Assembly: GCF_002113885.1 (NCBI RefSeq)
Contig: NW_018405386.1
Span: 902,921-966,920 of the forward strand
Source: Mizuhopecten yessoensis
Taxonomy: Eukaryota
Direction: 5' to 3'
Length of the DNA stretch: 64,000 bases
Shown: piece after piece, positions 34,804 through 60,660 of the stretch
Layout of the letters: each line of letters starts with the position of its first letter
Numbering within the stretch: the stretch's first letter is position 1
Made by a program: the position numbers and the translations under genes
The notes under the pieces: generated by a model
Seen by the model: the letters and a program-made list of their open reading frames with translations, nothing else
The model's database searches: none
What the model was told of the DNA's origin: nothing

Positions 34804-35340
34804 ATGTCGGACGTTAAAAATGACGATGTGCACAGGCACCCTATATTTCACAAAGACCCTGAGCAATGGTTGCAGTATATGAACAAAGAGGTTCTTGTTG
34901 TGACAGAGGACGGATCCGAGTGGTCGGGATGGGTTTACACCGTAGACCCTGTCTCAGAAAGCATGGTTCTCTTCCAGTTTGAAGAAGAAAGGACCAGGAT
35001 GGAGATTGTGATGGGCCACGCTATCAGAAATGTTACCATTCTCAACAGCGAGACACAGACTCACAAAGATAAGTTTGACAAGCTCTTTAGAACGAGAGAA
35101 CAGGAAAGTTTCTCAGAGGAGGAGATAGAAAGACGAAGAAATGTTTTGAAGTTATGGCTCGTGAAGAATCTTCTACCCGTCTCTACTACAGGGAATAATG
35201 GCGAGATACTTTCCATATCTGATGCCTTGTATATAGAGCCTCCATATGGACCTGAGAACTGTCGCAGCACAAATGAGATCATTCTTGGAAGGATTCAGGG
35301 CCTCATTAAGAACATGCCAGCTGATCATGAAAACTGGTGA
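34804..35340 (+). CDS. GEMIN6: Gem-associated protein 6 (SMN complex, Sm-like fold), single coding exon, 178 aa
   Basis: MSDVKND..DPEQWLQYMNKEVLVVTEDGSEWSGWVYTVDPVSESMVL...IVMGHAIRNV...LKLWLVKNLLPV...LYIEPPYGPENCRSTNEIILGRIQGLI. The W.YT.DPVS and PPYGPENC.S.NEIIL.R.Q motifs are typical of Gemin6. Confidence 0.93.
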   Translation: MSDVKNDDVHRHPIFHKDPEQWLQYMNKEVLVVTEDGSEWSGWVYTVDPVSESMVLFQFEEERTRMEIVMGHAIRNVTILNSETQTHKDKFDKLFRTREQESFSEEEIERRRNVLKLWLVKNLLPVSTTGNNGEILSISDALYIEPPYGPENCRSTNEIILGRIQGLIKNMPADHENW

Positions 35341-35400
35341 TTTTCATTATCAACCATTTTCACTATCAAGTATAAATTCAAAGACTCCATTTTTTCATAA

Positions 35401-35655
35401 TAAGGCCAAATAAAGTAAATCTAGTGTTTCCGCTATTACCCTACCTACCCTAGATTTTGTGCTTTAAACCATAATTTTTTTATTGGCATTTAGTGATATG
35501 CACTGTTAAAGTCAGAACTCCTGCTCTATATAAGCATATTATAAATATTATAAGCATATTATAAATATTTTCCAAAATAATAACAATTCCCTACCTACCT
35601 ACCCAATTTTTTGAAGTTGATAGCGGAAGCACAAGTTTTTTTTGTTTGACCTAAG
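35401..35655. mobile_element. Harbinger/ISL2EU-like MITE in the GEMIN6 3' region
   Basis: TAAGGCCAAATAAA..GTGTTTCCGCTAT ... ATAGCGGAAGCAC..TTTGTTTGACCTAA inverted ends, with internal CCTACCTACC repeats. Confidence 0.55.
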
Positions 35656-36847
35656 GTCATTTACAAATACAATGGTTTGTAGTCATTTATAAGATTGATA
35701 ATAAAATTTGTCAACAACAATTTACACTATATATACGTGTTCTAATGTTTTTGATCCGCTAGCATGTTTATCCATGTTAAATTTGCTACACTCTGTTTTC
35801 TTGTTACTAAAAAAACTAGGCCTTGTTGTTTGAAGTTTCTAAATCAATTTAACTTTATTAAAATATTAAATTTATTTTAAATTTTAAATTATCATATAAA
35901 GACCAAAACAGTATTATATTTCTTTTTCAATTGAAATACCCGGTAATACGTTTTGAAAATTTGAGTTTGCTGTCAAATAGCATCTTCAAACAACTGGGCC
36001 CAGAGCTTTACTGTAACTATGGGCCATCTTATCAGTAATGCACATCAATTTAGTTTCGTTCACAAAATAATATACAGGCTATACATGTATTTAGGTTAAA
36101 ACACTGAATGACTGGTGCATTAATCACAGCTAATTGATCCGTCGATTCTTACCATTCTGCTGTTATTTTTGTAGTCGGCATCCCTAACATTTTGGTGTTC
36201 CCAAACTCTTCTTTCAAATTTCTTCATTAATGCTTTACAGATTTGGTCCTATATCTCTGCTTTTAGCTTGTAGATTAGGTCCCCAGGATTTTCTGGCTAC
36301 GTTTTCTGTTCTCCATACATTAGATTCTCTGCAATGTTCCTTGTACAGAAAAATATGGTTGCCACTTGCTGTAATACTGATTCCAGCTCGTACTGTAATG
36401 GTCAAAATCAGTTTTAAACATTTCCAAGCTCATCTTCAATGATTCTGATGTACCTGTCTTCCATTTCTGGAATCTTCTTTTCCTTCCACGAGGTGAAAAC
36501 AAGCCAGTATTTTCCGTTCACTATGTGATGGTAGAAGGCCATGATTATTTCTTGCTAAAGTCTAGTAACAGTCCTGAAACAAAGAACTGTGTATTTTTAA
36601 AAATGTGTTAATAAATGGCATAACATTCTGTTTTAATTGGAGGCACTGATGTATTTGGAGCTATTTAAAGTTTTGAAACCTTCTTACTTCTTATATTAAA
36701 GACAAAGAGTATATTTTGTGCTAAAATGCTTACCAGGTAGTACCCAATAGTAATAAAATAATGGACTTGAGCAAGGCTTTGATAGTACAGCCGTACCTAC
36801 TGCAGAGACCACCTCTATAAAGAAGCACCTGTCTTAAGAGACCACAT

Positions 36848-36938
36848 TTAACTCATTAACCCCTGAAAGTTCATAATGAACTATTCCAACCTTTGGATTG
36901 GAAGAGTTCAAATGTGTCTTCAGGGGTGAATGTGTTAA
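36848..36938. mobile_element. ~85 bp TTAA MITE (copy 2), nested in another degenerate TA-flanked element (~36787-37025)
   Basis: TTAACTCATTAACCCCTGAA...TTCAGGGGTGAATGTGTTAA; reverse-complement match to the 21052 copy. Confidence 0.7.
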
Positions 36939-38949
36939 ACTCATTGCAGTTATTTCTTTTAAATGACCCTTATCACCTGTAGTAAGAGACCACTTAATGG
37001 ACTTCTCTATGGAGGATTGACTATATATAGCCTTGCTCAAGTTCAAGATTTTTCTTAATTGTGTATGGGGCATATACAACGATTCAAGCCACTGTTGTGA
37101 GAATAGGTTACATATTGTATCTACATCATGGGACATATTATAATGTAAGTTGTGTCACAAGGCCTTGTTTATGAGAATAACTTGGAAATAAGTAACAAAC
37201 AAAACTAGCCTTGCAAGTTTCGTACATACTCTGGACGGAACTCGTTTGGCCAACGTTCTGCTCCACAATGGGTACCGAATTTGAACCAGGATATTCATAG
37301 ATCTGTTGTCCATGACACTGTGACCTGCATTGTTTCTGATCGACACTTGGAGAAGAGGCATAGCTCGGTTGCTTTCAAGTGACATCGTCCCATCAACTTC
37401 CGCTTTGGGCTGCCGCACCTCCTCAGTCACGTGCACAGGCACGCGGGAATCCGAAAAAAAACCATTAACGAATCATGCTCTTTTCGATATTACATCAAAG
37501 AATAGCGATTTAAATATCACTTTTTTAGCTGAAAGGTATATTTTCCCTATCCACATGACTAACAGACCTTTTTTTCATCACGTACCGGGACGTATAAAGC
37601 CAGTAGTAACATTTATATCTGGCACACGTTTATATCTGTCAAAAAATGTATCTCATGGATCTGTATTTTTCAAACAAAAATACAGAAATGGACAACGCTT
37701 TCTTACTTCTGCAAAATTTGTTTACATGAGGCAAAGGTCTGGATAATAAAGCTGCAGAAAGTCCGTGGAACCCCGTGTTGCTTATCCTCGGAACCCAAGA
37801 CACGGGACACTTGGAGTAGCATCGTAACATTACACACTATAGCAACGTCGTAAAATAGATACACGAACGACGTCGTAATGCTTGTTACTAGAAAATATTG
37901 TTACTAAGTTACATACATTAGAGAACGTTGTAACGGATACTGACGTCGTAACATGAGATACTTGAACAAACGTGTACCACTAAATATTTGGTACACTTGG
38001 TGTCGGGACACAGCAAGAAAAACTCATGATATTTGAACACTTTTTGCAGTCATTGTGTACTATCACTTTCTCAATTATGCTTGTATTTCACTCGCTTAAG
38101 TGACGGGCTTACTGTGTCTAAATAAGAAATAGTACATATATTCGCGATATGTTTTATTTCACGGCCGCCCATTCTCCCTTCTTCCAGATCGACGCCAAAA
38201 TATTGATCTCGCTAACTACAAGCGGTTTTCAGTATCCACTAATCAATTGTAGACAGTGAGTGATTCGTCTTGCAATTTTATGGCTCCGAAGTATTTGCTT
38301 TTTGACAACTGATCAAGACTTTCAAATATTACTAGTCGCAGAGACGTATATACCACAGCTTTATTCGTCTTTGTTAATCTCACAAGCAGAGTTCGCCACA
38401 CCAACATCACTTACTGACCACTGACAGCTTCAGATGTGTGGAAGATTCGGAAGATTGTGTTGTACAATCGATTGAATCCAATCAAATAATGAAATTAATC
38501 AATGACCAACAAGACAGCAGGAACTTGTTCAATTTAACTAAAGGAGGTCCAACATTTATGAAGGAAGATGATTGAGCGGTTAACCGTTTCCTCCCCCATT
38601 AAGACCCCTTTCGGGCCAACAAGAGTGATTAATATAAATAAGTTGATTCGCAATTATTGTAAAATAGACCTTTTTATAGTCTAATGGACAAACTCAAGGA
38701 CAATTACAATGTTTTTTTTTTATGTATTAGATGTTTGTTCAGAGAATTATTTAAAAAAAGGTGCATACAGAATATGCGACTGTCTGTCACACGGTTTAAA
38801 CTTAAAATTAATAATTATCATATACTCTTTCATTGTATAGTTCTTTATGACAAATCACCAGCACGTGTACATAGGATTAGCCCAAGTTTCCTCTGGCCCC
38901 CGACACCAGACTTTACTGTCAAAATGTCTTAAGTCTGGTGTCGGGGCCA

Positions 38950-39135
38950 GAGAAGCCCCTTCTCTTAACTGTTTTAAATCTAGATTAAACATCTGTTGGA
39001 AAAATATACCGTCCAAGTTTTATCCTAGTTTTTATGCTACACAACCGGTTAACAGTATGTTACCAAACCAAGATGCGCCTATATTAGCAATTTAGCTAAC
39101 AACGGTGTCGAAGAAGAGGTAAACAAGGTAAACTA
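38950..39135 (+). mobile_element. 3'-terminal LINE (CR1-like) fragment
   Basis: Encodes EAPSLNCFKSRLNICWK, resembling the CR1 ORF2 C-terminus, and ends in a short AGGTAAAC tandem tail. Confidence 0.5.
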
Positions 39136-39702
39136 GGGCTAATACAATGTATAGGATATAAGGACGGAGGGATTATCAAGTCGCCGTCTTTGGATCCGAG
39201 GATTCCGCCCCCGACATCTCATTAATTCTACTCTGCACCCATAGATTTTCTCATGACAGATTTAACGTTTCTGTAAGTGCCACCTTGTGAATGATAAGAG
39301 TTGACTGATTTAAAAACTGTTGCGGATCCTGAAAAAAATGTGAGAATCACGGCAGAGTAACGGTAAAACCGCCTGACCAGATTCGATTTCAGAATACCTC
39401 TTTGATAATCTTTATTATCTATTGTATCAGTGTCTATCATATCATCCTTGCGATTGGTCAGTTTTTGATGTCTGGAACCAATCAAATAGCTAACCCGAAG
39501 TCTTCAATTCTGTCACATAGAAATCCAATTGAATAGAAAAGTTAAGTACATCGAGAGCGAAACTCTTTGATTTCGAATGTGTCGGGTGAAAGATTTTCTC
39601 TTGCAATGACAAATGGAATTTCACTTTATATGCGGATTGTTCTTAATTCTGGAACATCCCTAATAAGAAATAAACACAGGAAACTTCAATGTTTTCTTCG
39701 TG

Positions 39703-39708
39703 TTTATT
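39703..39708 (-). terminator. Candidate poly(A) signal of RAD54B
   Basis: AATAAA on the minus strand about 160 nt after the stop codon, followed by T/GT-rich sequence. Confidence 0.5.
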
Positions 39709-39868
39709 AATAACTTCATTTACCAACTACATAGAAAAAATCATTTTGCAGCCGTTACATATGTAGAGCACTAAAATTATCATATTGTGCCTCAGAAGTA
39801 CTCCTGGAAAATATAGCACCAAACATTGAAAGACTAGGGTAATAGTCATTGTGTATACAGGAACAGCA

Positions 39869-54647
<14,779 letters not shown>

Positions 54648-55184
54648 ACTGCGAAGCTACCGTTGTTAATCCAAATAAATTTGTAAATAGCACATGGCTG
54701 TTTCACAACTGGAAAAGACAGGGATTAAAATAAAGATATTATTAACAATGAAGGTTAACACTGTGCATGTAATGGCAGACAACTTGTGAATTTTGCTTTC
54801 ATTTCTGGGCATGTTTGAATATGATTTAACTCATCCTAACATGAATTTTTTTTTGATTATCCAACAAATTTTCTGAAAATTCAGCTTAAATCGAACAATG
54901 TAAACTGATCTTTAAAAATAACACAGGTTTTGTATGTAACAAAATCTTGTTTAAGTGATTAAAGCGTGGCAGGTGTTATTTTTACTTATCAATGAATAAA
55001 CATAGAAACATCTTATTTTGAGATTCAGCATGCATCATCATGTGTCTTGAAAGTGGTATAGTCGCCCAAAATGTCAACCCCCAGGCCCTTACAAATCATT
55101 TTTACATAATATAAATAAATATCAGAATTCAGAGATGTAATTTGGATATAATTTTAATGAACCAGAATGAACCAGAATGAACTT

Positions 55185-55541
55185 CATCCTTGATACTCCA
55201 GGGGTTATGCTCACTTTCGCTCTCTGCACCCCTGACATATGTGATAGCAAAATCGAAGGCTCAGTGTGCACCACTTTGTGGATTAGACAAGAAGACTTGT
55301 TTGATCCTTTGGTGTACATCAAAAGTTTGTATGTCGCATAACAGTAAAATTGACAGGTTTTGAAGTCACATTTTGCTACTCTGTAATTTTCACAGGACAT
55401 GTATCAGCCTATCGATTGGTCAGGTTTTTTTTTTTTACCAGAGACCAATCAAATAGCTAGCTGTGTGCCTTCAATTTTGCTAGGACATATTCCAGGGGTG
55501 CAAAGAGCAAAAGTGAGCGTAACCCCTTGATTATCGAAGAT
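55185..55541. mobile_element. Same MITE family, copy 3
   Basis: ATCCTTGATACTCCAGGGGTTATGCTCACTTTCGCTC ... GAGCAAAAGTGAGCGTAACCCCTTGATTATCGAAGAT. Confidence 0.75.
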
Positions 55542-56042
55542 AAATGAATTGTAATTTATTACAGTTACCTGTACTCTAGTCACTAGTTACATGGCTATGG
55601 CAGCTATAATAAAACTATTTCAACAGCATCGAATAAACTCTTAACAGTAGCTATGTCAAACTGTTATACATTCAGGATTATTACCAATATGAGATGTGTC
55701 CACTCCTATTACCTGATAACAAAAGAGGCCGACTGTCGACTATATTTTATTGGATATGATAATGGAGAATGCTATTTGGCGCTTGTAATAAGTATTGTTG
55801 AAGTATCTAGAGTTGTTTCCAACTTGTTATTGATATAGGTCGGTTAGCGTTCGTTTTCTATTAATGGGAAATTTTACTACTTATGTTTATGACTTCCGTC
55901 AACATCATCCAAAACCAACTTTAAGGCCAGTATGCCTTGAGGACATGGAACACGGATGTATACTTTGTTTGGCTATTTTAAAAACTACGCACTATCCTCT
56001 AGTGAACATTTCTACACTGAATTGTGATTACTTATGCTTTAC

Positions 56043-56120
56043 CTGACGCTATCTCAATACCTGTGATTTGTTTACCAGTAAAATTTCACAATTGCCGCCA
56101 TTTTGTATACAGGAAGTGGT
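56043..56120 (-). promoter_or_regulatory. Putative RAD54B TSS region / non-coding first exon
   Basis: ETS motif CAGGAAGT (56110-56117), YY1 motif GCCGCCATTTT (56094-56104), and a minus-strand donor CAG|gtaaag at 56043. A matching acceptor tgtcttttccag| at 54708 precedes the RAD54B ATG. Confidence 0.5.
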
Positions 56121-56344
56121 CTGAATTACCTCCCTTGTTCTGCAAGAGGTCTAATTGGCATGTATTAAACGGTGATTTCTATTTTTGGTTTATTTTTAAA
56201 TGTATTTTATTCAATAATCCAACGTAGTTGTAAGATACATAAGAGTTGGAAACAAATCTTAATTCATACCACTGACTTGTTATATACCGACAAATGCTGA
56301 AATTTATAATTAATACTGAACAACTGTTACAGCTGCTTAATATG

Positions 56345-57720
56345 TCTTCTTCTTTAGGGTGCAGGGGCTCCATCCATCCTGGATTATAGTATAGGTGTAT
56401 TGACAGACGAGGCTAGTACCTGTGCTCCATCAATGTGCTGATGATTATGCCCTCCGCGGTCCTATTACAGAGGCGTGAAAAAGGGGTTATTTACAGTGAT
56501 CAGGTGTTTTTTTGTGCAGGGTATAGATAAAAGGTAAAAGCTGGCGTATGTTTTAGCGTGTGATGAGGGCTTCAAGGGCTGCATCTACGGTATGTGTGCC
56601 TTGAAATCCCATAGTGTTTTGCATTGTACTGCTGCTATGGGAAGGAGATTCCATCGTGTGATTGTGTGTGTAAAGAATGAATATGTATGTGTAGGTGTCC
56701 TTTGTAGCAGATATGTATGCGTGAGGGTGTGCATGTCTGGTTCGAGGGTCTACCGATGTGAGTATATATGTTGGGTTTATTGCTACGATTTGGTGTACAA
56801 TTAAAAAAATAAGATTATGGTGTTATAATATCTGTTGTTTACGTAGCGTGCTGCTCTTCGTTGTGGTTTTTGTTTCTATTTGTTTAATTTGGTTCTGTGT
56901 TGTGTGGATCCCAAATGGAAGAGCAATATTAAAGTTTTGGTCTGACAGGTGCTTTGTATGCGTGTTCTTTTATATGTGGTGAGATTAGTTTTAAGTTGCG
57001 TTTTAGAAAACCTAGGGACCTATTGACATTGGCTGTAATGTTGTTAATATGTTTGTCCCATCGTAGGTTATTTTGTAATGTAGTCATAGTGTATTTTGTT
57101 GCGTTTCGGTGTAATGTTGAGTATGTTGCATTTGTCAGGTGAAATTTCATTAGCCAGTCTGTCTCCCATTATCCCGCTGCGTCAAGGTCATGTTGTGGTA
57201 TCGTCTTGTATATGATGCTGTCGTCTGCAAAGAGTCTCAGTGTACTGTACTGCATGTATTCGTGGAAGTCATTGATGTAGACGAGGAAGAGGACGGAGCC
57301 CAAAAAGGTTCCTTGATGGACCCCAGAGGTTACTTGTATTTTATCTGATTGTTCGCCCTCAAGTACTACTGTTTGGGTACGGAATGAGAGCTAGAAAGTC
57401 TGTAACCCATGCGTGTGTTCCCTGTTATCCCGTAATATTTGAGTTTGTACTGTAGACGTTTTTGTAGGACTTTGTCAAAAGCTTTGGCAAAGTACATAAT
57501 GATGATGTTGTTTGATGCGAGATCGTGTATGAATGTCGTGAGCTGTTTCACTGGATCTGGAGGATCTAAAGCCGTGTTGTAGGTCATATACTATGTTGTT
57601 GTTCTCTAGATGTGTCATTGTGGCGCTTGTTATGATGTGTTCCATGAGTTTACATGTGATGCAGGTTAGTGATATTGGTCTGTAGTTTGCTGGGCTGTAC
57701 TTGTCTCCTTCCCAGCCACC
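56345..57720 (-). mobile_element. Decayed, 5'-truncated LINE (CR1/L2-group reverse transcriptase)
   Basis: Frameshifted RT motifs: PANYRPISLTCITCKLMEHII, LQHGFRSSRS, FAKAFDKV..LKYYGITG, VTSGVHQGTFLG..LFLVYIND, LRLFADD, NLRWDKHINNITANVNRSLGFLKRNL, AYKAPVRPKL. Confidence 0.9.
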
Positions 57721-60049
57721 TTTTTTTTGTATACTTGGTGTAATTACCAATTATCAATTAATGATGATACTGATAGATTAACACTTTGAGGGTCCCTGGG
57801 TGGTTGAACAAGGCTTTGCTAAGCGCTTATCTAACAAATAATGTATCTAAATGTCCACGAATGCCAATTGTTATTTTACTTCAGAAAAAAAGAGTAACAG
57901 GACAAAAAAGCACCAGTTTCACAAATATCTACAAACTTATAAAAAAAATCCTTAACTTGACCAGAGACGTATTAAGCCATAGTATATACTAGTACGTCGC
58001 TCTGACTTGAGCTGACCGTTTGAAAACACTATTGGCTTTAAGGGGAAATCTTCAGTTAAGAAAATTATGCAGAACTCAAGTTAAACGTCTGAAACAAAAG
58101 AAATAGCTTGCTAACGAAGGAATTTCATCAGTTATAATTACATAAAAGGCGTTGAAGAATTTGTTGCCTGTATACCTTTGCGCTTCCATGACAGTATCGT
58201 CGGAAAATCCACGTACATAATTAACATTCATGTAATATTTTGTTTGTACATTTATATGTCATGTTATGCTATTTAGCCTCCCTTAACTCTACCACAACCC
58301 CCTCCAATACGACTATATATTCAATTCAATATGTTATCGCCCATTTTTAGTTACACGGTAACTTGAAGGCAAATAACAAAACAACATACATATAAAGAAA
58401 GTTCTAAAGTTTGAACAACATATAAACATACACAGAAGCCAGGCCCACACTCTTCAGCTCAAGTGCATATGCGGTAACTTTTCCACATTAAGTTGAACTC
58501 AATGAAACTACCAACTGGCAATGCAAGTATTCAGACAGCAGCCGAAAATAAGGCCACGATCAGTTATTTGCGTTGGCATCGCTAGAGACATTCTACTGGT
58601 TCATATTCAATTTCAAGGGAATGACAGAACCTATCCATTACTATTATGGACAAACGTGTAAAAAAAACTATTTTTCTATTTTGACTTTCATACATCGTTT
58701 GACTCCACAGAAACCTCCGTAGCAAATATCACCATTTTGCTAGAAACATTTGTGATTGGGTTCCGTTTTCCAATACTTCTTATATTTGTAAACAGTACAT
58801 TATCTCTCCCAAGACCCGCATCCGTTCTGGCCGCGGTGAAACGTTCAATTTGCTCCTGATAGTGTTGCATTTTATCCCTGATGATGCTGGTTCTTTCATG
58901 AAAAAGTCGGCAAGCTGATAAATGCCTGTTGTTGTTGGGATTATCGATATTTTTCTGATTTCATTTGGGTGTCAGTTTCTCTGTCTAGACGTTATTCTCG
59001 GTGGGCAAATGTTCTCCGTTGTTGGTGTCTTGTTAAGGTCTTGGTAAAGCTAGCAGATTTTTTTATTAATCTACCATACGGGATGTGATTTCTGAAGAAA
59101 GCGATTCTTCGAATTTTTATTGCATGACATTCCTAACAGTTCATCTTCTTACCACATACATACATACATTGGAAACACACTAATTCAATAAATAATTTCG
59201 TCTGTTTTCCACATGTGTTCTGATGTTTATATGGTACCAGATTCTTATCATCAAAGGAATTTTCCTTCGCGATAAAATTTAAAATTTTCTTCTTATGATT
59301 ATTCCTATCTCCGTGTTATAATAGTAATCATGTTCCAGAGATCCTGTCTGCGTTTTGCATGGATTGACCAGCAGTTAAAGTGTGAAGACAGTCCGACGGA
59401 AAGGGACATACCCTTTTTCAGCGACAGACTGTTTCAAATACGAGAGTTTCTCAACAAATCAAGTACATTTCTAGTCGCTTAACACAGAAAGTTATTGATT
59501 TGTTCAATCGTTTTATAAATAGCTCCATGTTTGACTGTGATTCATATACAAACGAATGCAGAATTACCAGAACCCAGAGGTTCATTACATTCTGCAACAG
59601 ACCGAGATTTCTGTAACTTTGATTTGTCAGGCATTAGTACAAGCGATAAAAACACATACCTCATTTAATTCAAGTGAGATTCATAAGACCCTCTACGCGG
59701 TAATTTATGTTTTGACCGTGGTCGCTCCAGGATCTAAGTACTATCCTTAGTTTGCCTTCCGGTAACCCCTGGAAAAACTTCAAAAGGTATCAACAGTAAC
59801 AAAACAGGTTTTTTTTATTACGCTTGAGAAGCCTAACCTGTATCCAATATGGTCTGTTTCTTAGAGACTCAAGTGAAAACAAACATTGCATGAACAAATA
59901 ACAGCTGTAATGTAAAACTATAAATTGTCAAAGGAGACGACAGAAATGAGCTTACATGTAGTTTGACTATTGTGTACATATTACGGAAACCATAGCAAAA
60001 CATGTTGTTTAAAGTTCAGTTCTGTAAAGTAAAACAGAAAAATGCAACA

Positions 60050-60660
60050 TTACAACATTAAAATATGATAATACACCACAATACTAAAAGACGAAATCCG
60101 AACCCAAGGTCGATACGAAAAAGGAAAGATCAATACACAAGGAGATATCAAAAGCAAAGGGACAAAAACCGAAATCAATGTCAATAAAAATACATTTAAA
60201 GGGTGAGGGGTGACAACAAAAAGAAAGGACAAATTTGACAAAATCAGAAGCCATAGTTGATACAAAAAGGCAATAAAAATGTGGAGACACCAGAAATAAA
60301 AGGACAAAGTCCGATCTCAAAGCCAATACAAATATATTTGAAACGATGAGGTGTGATGCCAAAACCATAGGACGAATTTGATAAAATCCGAAATCAAAGT
60401 TGATACACTTGAAAGCAAATTAAGTTAATGAGAAGATAGAAAGAAAAACCAAAACCAAAACCAAACAAACAAAAATGTAAAACCAAACTTTAAAAATGGA
60501 CAAAATCCGAATTCAAATTCAAAACAAAAAGACAAATTGTGGATCAAAGGAAACAACAAAACAACATGACAAAATCCAAACATAAAGTCGAAACAAAAAG
60601 ACAAGCTCCATATGCATCCGAGGAGACAACAAAAGAAAAGAAAAGACAACATGAACCTGT
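60050..60660. repeat. A-rich, strand-asymmetric degenerate repeat tract
   Basis: Recurring ACAAAATCCGAAATCAAA and GACAACAAAA-GAAA motifs. It produces spurious Phe/Leu/Cys-rich minus-strand ORFs. Confidence 0.6.
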
